From: an uncultured Candidatus Saccharibacteria bacterium
Lineage (GTDB): Bacteria; Patescibacteriota; Minisyncoccia; UBA6257; UBA9933
Assembly (NCBI GenBank): GCA_964651905.1
Contig: CAZYZO010000001.1
Location: 1 to 36,905, forward strand
Direction of reading: 5' to 3'
Length of the DNA: 36,905 bases
The notes under the pieces are model-generated. The model saw only the letters and a list, made by a program, of their open reading frames with translations, was not told the DNA's origin and made no database searches. Positions within the stretch are counted from its first letter, which is position 1. Each line of letters begins with the position of its first letter. The position numbers and the translations under genes were made by a program. This document shows, one piece after another, positions 24,682-33,159 of the stretch.

Positions 24682-24981
24682 TTATGCCGCCACGCCGATT
24701 TTTTGACGAGATTTACGCTTAGAGAGTTTTCTGACAAAATATATTTTGGAACGGTGAATTTTTTTAGGAGAACTTAAAATCTCCACCTGGATGTTCGGCG
24801 AATGAATCGGATAAATTTTTTCCACGCCAACGCCGGCTAAAGTCGCCCTAACCGTGAAAGTGGCGCCAGTTTCACTGCCGTGTTTTCGAGCAATTACCAA
24901 GCCCTGAAAAACACCACTGTTTTTTTCAGTGACTTTAACAATAGCTCTGGGTTTAATTTTTTCTAAAACTGATTGTTCCAT
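24682..24981 (-). CDS. rplS: 50S ribosomal protein L19
   Basis: VFQGLVIARKHGSETGATFTVRATLAGVGVEKIYPIHSPNI...IHRSKIYFVRKL matches the L19 core. Confidence 0.9.
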   Translation of the reverse strand: MEQSVLEKIKPRAIVKVTEKNSGVFQGLVIARKHGSETGATFTVRATLAGVGVEKIYPIHSPNIQVEILSSPKKIHRSKIYFVRKLSKRKSRQKIGVAA

Positions 24982-25032
24982 GCCTTAATTATATAAATTT
25001 TAATCCCCAAAGCAAGAGGACTAAAATTTATC

Positions 25033-25169
25033 CATAGCGAAGCGGAGTTTCGATATATCCTTGGATATAATTATGAACGCCAAACTCCCAGTTCTTGCTA
25101 CCGCTTGCGGTAGCAAGAACTAGTTATAGCAAACTTTGTTTGATATATCGCTGAAAGCGCTATAGCAAA
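25033..25169 (+). repeat. REP-like palindromic repeats (copies A, B and a half copy C) flanking a 14-bp perfect palindrome
   Basis: CATAGCGAAGCGGAGTTTCGATATATC (25033-25059). TATAGCAAACTTTGTTTGATATATC (25125-25149). TATAGCAAA half-site at 25161-25169. GATATATCGCTGAAAGCGCTATAGCAA recurs identically at about 27247-27272. Confidence 0.7.
25091..25120. other. perfect 14-bp inverted repeat
   Basis: GTTCTTGCTACCGC-TT-GCGGTAGCAAGAAC, between the rluA-family stop and the rplS start. No U-tract. Confidence 0.6.
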
Positions 25170-25207
25170 TGTTAAAAATCGGTAAAAGTTTTCTAGATAA
25201 ATTTTAT

Positions 25208-25966
25208 TTATTCTTTAGACTCTAAATTTTGAATAAAGCTCTTTAATTCTTCTGGCAATTCGGCTTCAATTTTTATCATTCGTCCTTCTTCAATGGGAAA
25301 CTCTAAAGATTGAGCATGAAGAAATTGACGGTCCAGACTAAACGGTAACTTTCTTTTTTTAAATCCGTAAAGCTTATCGCCAACCACCGGATGGCCGATG
25401 GAAGCCAAATGAACCCTAATTTGGTGAGTTCTGCCGGTTTTAGGAATTACTTCAAGAAGAGAAAAACCTTTTAGGATTTTCAAAACTTTATATTCGGTGA
25501 TCGCCGGTTTTTCGTCTTTCCCTTCCCAAATGGTTCTTTTGATGCTTCCGGTTTTTAGTTTAATCGGTTTTTCAATAATTCCCTCTTTAGATTTCATCTC
25601 GCCCCAAACCAAGGCTAAATAAGTTTTTTTAATTTTACGCGTTTGGAAAAGATTTTTCAGATATTCAAAATATTTTTGATTCCGGGGGATTAAAAGCACG
25701 CCGGAAGTATCTTTATCTAAACGATGGACAATGCCCGGCCGTAAATTAGCTTGCCCTGAGTCTGTCAAAGGGTCGCCAACATTTCTTATTTCCAGATATT
25801 TTTTTAGTAAAAATTCTACCAGAGTCGGCTCTTTCTTAATTCTTAATTCCCTGGCCTCGCTAAGCGAAGCAGGGCAGGCTTTATTTTGAATTGGATGAAC
25901 GAGCAGTCCGGCTGGCTTATCAATCGCCAAAAAATTTTTATCTTCGTAAATAATTTTCGGGACCAT
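25208..25966 (-). CDS. RluA-family pseudouridine synthase
   Basis: GIVHRLDKDTSGVLL catalytic Asp motif and GRTHQIRVHL. There is no N-terminal S4 domain. Confidence 0.9.
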   Translation of the reverse strand: MVPKIIYEDKNFLAIDKPAGLLVHPIQNKACPASLSEARELRIKKEPTLVEFLLKKYLEIRNVGDPLTDSGQANLRPGIVHRLDKDTSGVLLIPRNQKYFEYLKNLFQTRKIKKTYLALVWGEMKSKEGIIEKPIKLKTGSIKRTIWEGKDEKPAITEYKVLKILKGFSLLEVIPKTGRTHQIRVHLASIGHPVVGDKLYGFKKRKLPFSLDRQFLHAQSLEFPIEEGRMIKIEAELPEELKSFIQNLESKE

Positions 25967-25973
25967 ATTAATC

Positions 25974-26033
25974 TATAGCAAGGTTTACCTTGATATATTC
26001 TTTGATTATAGCAAAGTGAAACTTTGATATATC
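25974..26033 (+). repeat. REP-like palindromic repeats (copies D, E)
   Basis: TATAGCAAGGTTTACCTTGATATATTC (25974-26000) and TATAGCAAAGTGAAACTTTGATATATC (26007-26033). Confidence 0.7.
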
Positions 26034-26087
26034 TTTAGATATTGCTGTGTTTTATTTTTTTTGATAATGTAAATTATTATCCATCTT

Positions 26088-26159
26088 GGGTGTGTAGTTC
26101 AGTGGTAGAACGCTGTCCTGATAAGACAGAGGTCGAAGGTCCGATTCCTTCCACACCCA
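26088..26159 (+). tRNA. tRNA-Ile (anticodon GAU)
   Basis: GGGTGTG/CACACCC acceptor, anticodon arm CTGTC-CTGATAA-GACAG, T-arm GAAGGTCCGATTCCTTC. Confidence 0.9.
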
Positions 26160-26165
26160 CAACCC

Positions 26166-26237
26166 GCGCGATTAGCTCAGTGGTAGAGCGCATCGTTGAC
26201 ATCGATGAGGTCATAGGTTCAATCCCTATATCGCGCA
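26166..26237 (+). tRNA. tRNA-Val (anticodon GAC)
   Basis: GCGCGAT/ATCGCGC acceptor, anticodon arm CATCG-TTGACAT-CGATG, T-arm ATAGGTTCAATCCCTAT. Confidence 0.9.
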
Positions 26238-26262
26238 CTAAAAATTCTTATTTTTAATGACT

Positions 26263-26289
26263 TATAGTAAGCCAAAGGTTTGATATATC
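26263..26289 (+). repeat. REP-like palindromic repeat (copy F)
   Basis: TATAGTAAGCCAAAGGTTTGATATATC, between the 3' ends of tRNA-Val and a minus-strand ORF. Confidence 0.6.
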
Positions 26290-26295
26290 AAAAGT

Positions 26296-26634
26296 CTATT
26301 TTGATACAGTACTGGTAGTCGAGGTGGGTGAAGTTGAAGTCGTACTAGTAGAGATGGAGCCCGTAGAAGTTGAAATGGTTGAGGTTACCGTTGAAGTTGC
26401 TACTGTAGAAGTTGGAGCGGTATTTAAAAAGTTATTGATTTCTTCAATGCCAAGCTTTTTTAAGGCCTCAAAATCAAATCCTTTAATTTCCGCTTTAACG
26501 CCTTTATCGGATAAGCTCTGGCTAATTTCTCTGGCTAGATAATTTATTATCATAACCGACAAGGCAATCATTATTAAAATAATTATTATAGTGATGACGG
26601 CATAAATAATTATTTTTTTATTTTGAGTCAACAT
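26296..26634 (-). CDS. small membrane-anchored protein with Ser/Thr-rich C-terminal tail
   Basis: N-terminal TM (IIIYAVITIIIILIMIALSVMII) and a tail TSTVATSTVTSTISTSTGSISTSTTSTSPTSTTSTVSK. Confidence 0.55.
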   Translation of the reverse strand: MLTQNKKIIIYAVITIIIILIMIALSVMIINYLAREISQSLSDKGVKAEIKGFDFEALKKLGIEEINNFLNTAPTSTVATSTVTSTISTSTGSISTSTTSTSPTSTTSTVSK

Positions 26635-26652
26635 AAATTTGTTAAAAGTGAT

Positions 26653-27183
26653 TTAGAATGAAAATACTTGTCCCGGCAAAACAACATTAAATTCATTTGT
26701 ATCTTCTTTTATTGAAATAGTCGGGCTAATGATTTTCGTGATGAAACGATTATTTTCTAAGTCATTTAAAAATTTAGTAAAATCTTCATAAGAACTATTA
26801 AAACTCAAAGTGAAGCCTTCTTTTATAAATCCTTCACTAGCAGAAAGAACCTCGCCAGTGAAAGCAAAATTCAAAGCAGTAATATTGCTTTTTTTCGCGA
26901 GCGTATCAATAATTGGTTTAAAATTAACAGCCATATCGTCTTTGGTGGGAAAATAATTATTAAGCATTAAATTAATTTCTTTAGCTTTATTATAATCAGG
27001 ACGCAAAGCAGAAAGAATAGCAATTTCATTTATATTTGTGATTGTTTGAAATTGTAAATTTTGAATTTTAGCTATTTTTTTGTTAATATCTTCTGAAAGA
27101 TAAAAAATTCCACCAACTAAAACTACAATAACAGCAAAAGTTATTGCGCAAATTTTGACAAGATGTTTTCGGAAGTCTTTCAT
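26653..27183 (-). CDS. membrane-anchored hypothetical protein (PilO-like architecture guessed)
   Basis: N-terminal TM, then a coiled segment, then an alpha/beta domain with FLNDLENNRFITKIISPTI, reminiscent of type IV pilus PilO. This is a weak call. Confidence 0.4.
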   Translation of the reverse strand: MKDFRKHLVKICAITFAVIVVLVGGIFYLSEDINKKIAKIQNLQFQTITNINEIAILSALRPDYNKAKEINLMLNNYFPTKDDMAVNFKPIIDTLAKKSNITALNFAFTGEVLSASEGFIKEGFTLSFNSSYEDFTKFLNDLENNRFITKIISPTISIKEDTNEFNVVLPGQVFSF

Positions 27184-27196
27184 TTCTAAAATATAT

Positions 27197-27307
27197 TATA
27201 GCAAGCTCCGCTTGATATATTCTCTGACTATAGCAAAATTAGTTTGATATATCGCTGAAAGCGCTATAGCAAGCTTTGGCTTGATGTATTCTTTGATTAT
27301 ACTACAG
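27197..27307 (+). repeat. tandem cluster of REP-like palindromic repeats (copies G, H, I and a partial J)
   Basis: TATAGCAAGCTCCGCTTGATATATTC (27197-27222). TATAGCAAAATTAGTTTGATATATC (27229-27253). TATAGCAAGCTTTGGCTTGATGTATTC (27265-27291). TTGATTATACTAC partial. Period is about 32-36 nt. Confidence 0.7.
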
Positions 27308-27323
27308 ATAAAAAAACAAACAA

Positions 27324-28361
27324 ATGGATGAAGAAAAAAAGTATTTTAACGCATTAAATCTCATTTTAAAAGCAGATTATTCCGCTTTAATCAAATTAAA
27401 ATCCGAATTTTTATCTTACAAATCGGCTTTTGAAAACCTTAAAAAACCGATATCTATTGACATAGAAGCGGGATGGCAGAAACTTCAAAAACAAAAAATC
27501 CAAATTATTCTTAAAGATGAAACTGACTTCCCGTCTTTGCTTAAAGAAATCCCCTGGCCGCCGCTGGGAATATATGTAAGAGGAGAATTACCGAAAGATA
27601 ATGAAATAAAAATCGCGGTGGTAGGCACTAGAAAAGCCACAATTATCGGCCGAGAAATTTCCGAACATTTCAGTCAGGAATTAGTGAACAATGGCGTTGT
27701 CATCGTAAGCGGATTAGCGATGGGTATTGACAGCGCCAGCCATGTAGGCGCCCTAAAATTAAAAGGAAAGACCATCGCCGTTTTAGGCAATGAAATCGGG
27801 AGTTTTTATCCGCGACAAAATCAAAAATTAGCCAAACGAATTTTGGAAAACAACGGCTGTATAATTTCTGAATATCCGTTGAACTGCCCAACTTATCGCG
27901 CCAATTTTCTGGCAAGAAATAGAATTATCAGCGGCTTGTCAAAAGCCGTAGTTATTATTGAAGCGCCTTTTGAATCAGGCGCTTTAAACACTGCCCGATA
28001 CGCCATTGAACAAAACCGAGAAGTACTAGTGGTGCCCGGACCGCTCAACAATAAAAATTATGAAGGGTCGCTAAAATTAATTCGGGAAGGAGCTCGTCTG
28101 ATAACATCGGCTAAAGATATTTTGGAAGATTTAAATTTAGAAATAAAAATAGAAAAAGAAAAACACAAAACATCAGCTAAAAATATTACTGATGCCAACC
28201 AAATTATTATTCTAAAAATATTAGAAGAGGCGGGAACGCCGTTAACTATTGACAAAATAAGCTCTATCGCTAAACTAAACCCTCAAGTCATAAACCAAGC
28301 AATTTCATTCTTAATAATTGAAGGATTTATCAAAGAAACCGAGAAAGGATATATAATATGA
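27324..28361 (+). CDS. dprA: DNA processing protein DprA
   Basis: VVGTRKAT, SGLAMGIDSASH, ARNRIISGLS, and a C-terminal winged-helix-like region. Confidence 0.9.
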   Translation: MDEEKKYFNALNLILKADYSALIKLKSEFLSYKSAFENLKKPISIDIEAGWQKLQKQKIQIILKDETDFPSLLKEIPWPPLGIYVRGELPKDNEIKIAVVGTRKATIIGREISEHFSQELVNNGVVIVSGLAMGIDSASHVGALKLKGKTIAVLGNEIGSFYPRQNQKLAKRILENNGCIISEYPLNCPTYRANFLARNRIISGLSKAVVIIEAPFESGALNTARYAIEQNREVLVVPGPLNNKNYEGSLKLIREGARLITSAKDILEDLNLEIKIEKEKHKTSAKNITDANQIIILKILEEAGTPLTIDKISSIAKLNPQVINQAISFLIIEGFIKETEKGYII

Positions 28362-30343
28362 AACTTGTAATTGTAGAATCGCCGACAAAAGCAAATACTA
28401 TTAGCAAATTTTTAGGCTCTGATTTTAAAGTTGAGTCTTCTTACGGTCACATTAGAGATTTACCAAAAAGCAAAATCGGCATTGATATTGAAAATAATTT
28501 TGAACCTCAATATATAATCCCCGTAAAATCAAAAAAAAGAGTGACTTCTCTCAAAAAAGAGGTAAAAAAAGCTGAAAAAATAATTTTAGCTACTGACGAA
28601 GACCGAGAAGGAGAAGCTATCGCTTGGCATTTAGCCCAAACTCTCAACCTTCCAACAGCTGAAAGAATTGTTTTCCATGAAATTACCCAAAAAGCGATTG
28701 AAGAAGCATTAAAAAATCCCCGTTCCATTAATATAAATCTTGTTAACGCCCAACAAGGAAGACGGGTTTTGGACCGTTTGGTTGGCTATAAACTCTCCCC
28801 TTTTCTCTGGCAAAAAATTATGAAGCGGCTTTCAGCCGGCCGGGTGCAATCGGTCGCGCTGCGACTGATTGTGGAACGAGAAAATGAAATTAAAAATTTT
28901 AAACCCGAAGAATATTATACGATTTTTGCAGTATTGCAAAAACCGCATAATCCAAAATCCAAATTACAAATTGCAAACACTCTTGAAGCTACTTTATATA
29001 AAATCGACGACGAAATAATTCCTAAACTCGGCATCAAAACCGAAAAAGAAGCTAAAAAAATAGCTAGTGATTTAGAAAAATGCGAGTTTAGTATTTCAAA
29101 AATTGAAAAAAAAGAAATTATAAAAAACCCGCCGGCGCCGTTCACAACTTCTTCTTTACAACAAACAGGAGCAAACCGGCTGGGCTATTCAGCAAAACAA
29201 ACAATGCGATTAGCCCAAGGCCTTTATGAAAAAGGATTGATTACCTATATGAGAACTGATTCTTTAAGTTTATCTAAAGAATCTGTCCGTCAAGCATCTG
29301 ATTGGATTGAAAAAAATTTCGGTAAAAAATATGCCAGCCAAACGCCGAGATTTTTTAAAACCAAATCGCGGCTTGCTCAAGAAGCGCATGAAGCCATCAG
29401 ACCAACGGACGCTAATTTAACGCCGGAAAAAATAAAAATCGAAAATAATCAAGAAAAGAAAATTTACGATTTAATTTGGAGAAGATTCATCGCCTCGCAG
29501 CTGCCTCAGGCGATTTTTGATTCAACTCGCGTAGAAATTGAAGCGAAAAATAAATCTTCACACAAATTACAGGCTAATGGCAGCACTCTCCGCTTTGACG
29601 GATTTTTAAAAGTTTGGCTGACAAAATTTGAAGAAAAAGAATTGCCGGAATTGAAAGAAAATGAAAAATTAAATTTAATTGAAATTAAGCCAACTCAACA
29701 TTTCACCGAACCGCCGGCTCGCTATAACGACGCTTCTTTAGTAAAAACCTTGGAAAAATTCGGCATTGGACGTCCTTCAACTTATGCGCCGATTATCTCC
29801 ATTATCCAAGAAAGAAATTACGTTATTAAAAATGAAAATAAAAAATTCGTGCCCACGGAAATCGGCGAAGCTGTCAATAAACTTTTGGTGGCGCATTTCC
29901 CGGAAATTATCGATATCGGATTTACGGCGAAAATGGAAAAAGAGCTGGACGAAATCGCTGAAGGAAAAATCGATTGGAGAAAAATTATAAAAGAATTTTA
30001 CGGGCCTTTTGCAAAAAACCTTGAAGAAAAAATGAACACGGTTGAAAAACAAGAAATTGCCGTGGAAAAAATAGATAAAAACTGCGATGTTTGCGGAAAA
30101 CCGATGATTGTAAAATACGGAAGATTTGGAAAATTTCTCGCTTGTTCCAGGTTCCCGGAATGTAAAAATACCAAGTCTTATTCTGATTCTATTGATTTAG
30201 GTTCTTGCCCGAAATGCCAGGAAGGAAAAATTGTAATGCGCCGAACAAAAAAACGAAGAATGTTTTACGGCTGTTCACGCTATCCCAAATGCGATTTCGT
30301 AAGCTGGAAAAAACCTGACATAAGCGAATCTCAAACTGAATAA
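28358..30343 (+). CDS. topA: DNA topoisomerase I
   Basis: Toprim LATDEDREGEAIAWH, catalytic Tyr context GLITYMRTDS, and C-terminal zinc ribbons (CDVCGKPM, CSRFPEC, CPKCQEG, CSRYPKC). ATGA overlap with dprA. Confidence 0.95.
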   Translation: MKLVIVESPTKANTISKFLGSDFKVESSYGHIRDLPKSKIGIDIENNFEPQYIIPVKSKKRVTSLKKEVKKAEKIILATDEDREGEAIAWHLAQTLNLPTAERIVFHEITQKAIEEALKNPRSININLVNAQQGRRVLDRLVGYKLSPFLWQKIMKRLSAGRVQSVALRLIVERENEIKNFKPEEYYTIFAVLQKPHNPKSKLQIANTLEATLYKIDDEIIPKLGIKTEKEAKKIASDLEKCEFSISKIEKKEIIKNPPAPFTTSSLQQTGANRLGYSAKQTMRLAQGLYEKGLITYMRTDSLSLSKESVRQASDWIEKNFGKKYASQTPRFFKTKSRLAQEAHEAIRPTDANLTPEKIKIENNQEKKIYDLIWRRFIASQLPQAIFDSTRVEIEAKNKSSHKLQANGSTLRFDGFLKVWLTKFEEKELPELKENEKLNLIEIKPTQHFTEPPARYNDASLVKTLEKFGIGRPSTYAPIISIIQERNYVIKNENKKFVPTEIGEAVNKLLVAHFPEIIDIGFTAKMEKELDEIAEGKIDWRKIIKEFYGPFAKNLEEKMNTVEKQEIAVEKIDKNCDVCGKPMIVKYGRFGKFLACSRFPECKNTKSYSDSIDLGSCPKCQEGKIVMRRTKKRRMFYGCSRYPKCDFVSWKKPDISESQTE

Positions 30344-30476
30344 TCCAACACATGCCCACGTTCTGAAATAAAACTTGCTTAAAATTTTAATTTTAAAGAT
30401 AATAGATTTTAGATAAGGGCATGCGACGCCTGTCTGACGGTAGGTAGAGAACAGGTATACGCGCCCGCCCAAATTT

Positions 30477-30560
30477 GCCCGGGTGGCGGAATTGGCAGAC
30501 GCGCAGGACTCAAAATCCTGTAGCCGTAAGGCTGTGAGAGTTCGAGCCTCTCCCCGGGCA
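30477..30560 (+). tRNA. tRNA-Leu (anticodon CAA), class II
   Basis: GCCCGGG/CCCGGGC acceptor, anticodon arm CAGGA-CTCAAAA-TCCTG, long variable arm, T-arm GAGAGTTCGAGCCTCTC. Confidence 0.9.
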
Positions 30561-30592
30561 CAAAAAACTAAAAAAATTTTAATTTTAAAACT

Positions 30593-31294
30593 ATGTCCGT
30601 CCTCTCAAAACCAGAAATTTTGAAGCATTATAAAGCCGGTAATATCATCATCTATCCTTTTGATAAAAAAAATCTGGCTAATACCAGTTATGATGTTCGG
30701 TTGGGCAAATATTTTTTTAGACAAAATAGGATAGGATATACAGAAACATTAAATCCATTTTGGAAAAAGTCAGTAATTAAAATGTATTCAAAACTAGAAG
30801 AAGCAATACCCATAGAAAAGATTAAGTCAAAAACAAATCCTTTTTACAATCTTTCTACTAAAAATAAAATTATCCTAATTGCACCAGAAGAAACAATTCT
30901 CGCTCATACAATTGAGTTTATTGGAGGGCTTAACGGAATTAATGGCTTGTCCGCTATTACTACCGAAATGAGAGCAAGAAGTTCTTTAGGAAGAATTGGC
31001 ATCGCTGTTTGTAAATGCGCTGGATGGGGAGATGTTGGTTATATTAATCGTTGGACAATGGAAATCACTAATTTTTCTAGCGCTATAATTCCTTTAGTAG
31101 TAGGAATGAGGGTTGCTCAAATTATTTTTCACGAAGTTCATAAAATTGATGTTAAAGATCATTATTATCAAAAAGGTAAATATCAAAAACATTTAAGCAT
31201 TAAAGAGATTAAGAAAAATTGGAAGCCCGAAGATATGCTTCCGCGTCTTTATAAAGATGAAGATTTAAAAATTTTTAAAAATTATGGGAAATAA
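30593..31294 (+). CDS. dcd: dCTP deaminase / dUTPase-superfamily protein
   Basis: NTSYDVRLG, TILAHTIEFIGG, RSSLGRIGI and WTMEITN are typical of the dCTP deaminase family. It is longer than usual (233 aa). Confidence 0.7.
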   Translation: MSVLSKPEILKHYKAGNIIIYPFDKKNLANTSYDVRLGKYFFRQNRIGYTETLNPFWKKSVIKMYSKLEEAIPIEKIKSKTNPFYNLSTKNKIILIAPEETILAHTIEFIGGLNGINGLSAITTEMRARSSLGRIGIAVCKCAGWGDVGYINRWTMEITNFSSAIIPLVVGMRVAQIIFHEVHKIDVKDHYYQKGKYQKHLSIKEIKKNWKPEDMLPRLYKDEDLKIFKNYGK

Positions 31295-31347
31295 ACAATC
31301 CCAAAAAAGAGCTAAAAACTTCTTTTCTAAAAGCTAATTTCTATCCA

Positions 31348-31377
31348 AAGAACACTTCCGTTAACGGAAGTGTTCTT
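31348..31377. terminator. perfect palindromic hairpin between convergent genes
   Basis: AAGAACACTTCCGTT|AACGGAAGTGTTCTT (15 + 15 nt). Weak U-tracts. Confidence 0.5.
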
Positions 31378-31404
31378 AGTAAATTAATGTAAACAAATTA
31401 TTAA

Positions 31405-33159
31405 CTATTCTAATTTCTCTATTTCTTTTTTGAGATATCCTTCCATTTTTTTGATATTTTCCTGCAGTCTTTTCCTCATAAATTCGTCGTCCGCCTCGGT
31501 AGGAGTTCCAATGGCTTGTTGTAATTTTTCTATGTCGTCTTGAATAAGTTTAAAGACTTTGGCTATGTCGGTTTTAACAACTAAAAGCCGCAGCGCTAAT
31601 TTTTCCTGCCGTTTTTTATAAAACCAAACTCCTCCGCCAAATCCTCCAGCTATTACTATAAGAAGAAATATCAAAATGCCTCCCATCCCAAGTTGGAATT
31701 TCCCAATCTGAATAATTGGCTTGCTTTTAATCCTCACTTTTGGAGATTCTATCGCAAGGCTCAATGCTCCTCGTTCATCTTGACTCTGAGCAATCAAAAT
31801 ATATTGTCCATTTCTAAAAGGCTGGTCAAAAGTAAATTCCCAGTTGCCCTTTTCATCCGAGTGAGCAGTGCCTTTCGCAATAATCTCTCCACCCTTTCGC
31901 AACACTTTCTGCGCCTTGAGTAATAATAATACATTAATATCAGGCAAGGCCGTCCCTTTCACTGTCAAAATCTGCTCTTCGCCAGAAAAGAGTTCATTGG
32001 TAACAAAAGTAATGATTGGAGAAGCAATGGGAAGAATTTCAATATCTAGGCTATTTTCAATGCTGTTTTCTGCCTGGTCAACAGCCTTCACAATTATTCT
32101 CCTCTCACCCGGGGCTTGAAGCGGCAATTTAAAGCTGCCAGTAAAATCAGCGTCGGGAATCAAGATAAGATCGCCGTCGCCAATTCTTATCTGATACTCT
32201 TTAAGGCCCGAGAGAGCATCTGAAGTCTTAAACTGTAGTGTGGGGACGGGATTATCAGTTTTTTTCCCTTCAAGAATATTTATTTCAAAACCAAGCGGTG
32301 GTTGGGTATCAATTGCCAAACGATAATGCGTCGTTGGCCCCCAGCCAAGATTATTTTGAAAACGGATATGAAGATACCAAGTGCCATCTTGCAACGCAAC
32401 AAAAGTTTTATTATCAAAAAGACCTTCGGACCATCCAGCTGGGATGGAGTTTGGATATTTATTAAGCGCAGTGCTCACGCCAAAAATATCAAGCGGTAAA
32501 TCCCAACTTGTCGTAAACTGCGCCACCAAATTATACCAGCGGTTTTCTTCGGGATAGAGCGGAATTTTAAGAACCGGCTTTAAAGGCAACTTCTCTGAAA
32601 GCGCGGCTTCCCGATCAATTTGTTTACTCTCCGGAATTTTAGGGGTAATTCTTTTTGGGACTACCGTAATCACTGCATCATTTATCTTTGATAGTATATT
32701 GGTCCCGCTTCCGTCAGCAGCAGTGATTGCGGCTTCCGTAAGCGAAAGTGTGCTAGTGCCGGTTCCTTTTGCCAGAAATTCTATTTTCAGAATTTTGACA
32801 GCGCCACCCGAAACTCCGTACGGAGTGCCGCCGGTAAATAATATAACGCCTTCGGTGTTGGAAAATTGAGGTTCTTCAAGCCAAAAGTTGAATGCAGATT
32901 CTACTTTATCTAATGCAGTCACTTCAAGCGTATCTTTGAAAAAACGAATTACTGCTTGGCCTGCGTTAAAACTTACCCCTTCGCTATCAACTCTAAGTTC
33001 AATCGTCATTTTTTCTCCGACCCCAATCTCGGAACTGGCAGGTGTCAAAGAAAATGTAGCGGCATGCACCGAAGAAAAAATACCCGAAACAATAATCCCG
33101 GCTAATATCACTATAGCAAACCAAAGATTTGATATATTTATTTTAAATTGATATTTCAT
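31405..33159 (-). CDS. membrane-anchored surface protein with N-terminal cohesin-like domain, Ig-like repeats, C-terminal TM and cytoplasmic coiled coil
   Basis: Signal/TM at the N-terminus. ATFSLTPASSEIGVGEKMTIELRVDSEGVSFNAGQAVIRF...LEV resembles a cohesin type-I domain. TM GGILIFLLIVIAGGFGGGVWFY lies near the C-terminus, followed by a charged helical tail. ATGA overlap with the upstream gene. Confidence 0.6.
   Translation of the reverse strand: MKYQFKINISNLWFAIVILAGIIVSGIFSSVHAATFSLTPASSEIGVGEKMTIELRVDSEGVSFNAGQAVIRFFKDTLEVTALDKVESAFNFWLEEPQFSNTEGVILFTGGTPYGVSGGAVKILKIEFLAKGTGTSTLSLTEAAITAADGSGTNILSKINDAVITVVPKRITPKIPESKQIDREAALSEKLPLKPVLKIPLYPEENRWYNLVAQFTTSWDLPLDIFGVSTALNKYPNSIPAGWSEGLFDNKTFVALQDGTWYLHIRFQNNLGWGPTTHYRLAIDTQPPLGFEINILEGKKTDNPVPTLQFKTSDALSGLKEYQIRIGDGDLILIPDADFTGSFKLPLQAPGERRIIVKAVDQAENSIENSLDIEILPIASPIITFVTNELFSGEEQILTVKGTALPDINVLLLLKAQKVLRKGGEIIAKGTAHSDEKGNWEFTFDQPFRNGQYILIAQSQDERGALSLAIESPKVRIKSKPIIQIGKFQLGMGGILIFLLIVIAGGFGGGVWFYKKRQEKLALRLLVVKTDIAKVFKLIQDDIEKLQQAIGTPTEADDEFMRKRLQENIKKMEGYLKKEIEKLE
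33112..33138 (+). repeat. REP-like palindromic repeat (copy K) embedded in the first codons of a CDS
   Basis: TATAGCAAACCAAAGATTTGATATATT. On the minus strand it encodes ...INISNLWFAIV of the 584-aa protein. Confidence 0.5.

Noticed and set aside
26324-26542. 72-aa plus-strand ORF rich in V/E (MGEVEVVLVEMEPVEVEM...)
   Set aside because: It is the mirror image of the Ser/Thr-rich coding repeat on the minus strand, where the minus-strand ORF has a proper TM anchor and start context.
27197-27307. Possible mini-CRISPR array because of regularly spaced repeats (period about 32-36 nt)
   Set aside because: The variable parts are only 5-9 nt and pair as hairpin loops and stems. The repeats are palindromic half-sites rather than 24-37-nt direct repeats with unique spacers. 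No cas genes are present.
30344-30476. G+C-rich patch (GGGCATGCGACGCCTGTCTGACGGTAGGTAGAGAACAGGTATACGCGCCCGCCC) upstream of tRNA-Leu(CAA), possibly a small RNA. CATGCCC (about 30350) could pair with GGGCATG (about 30417).
   Set aside because: Only short stems can be drawn (CCTGT/ACAGG, CATGCCC/GGGCATG) and there is no recognisable family. It may simply be the topA terminator region plus the tRNA leader. The evidence is insufficient to call a feature.
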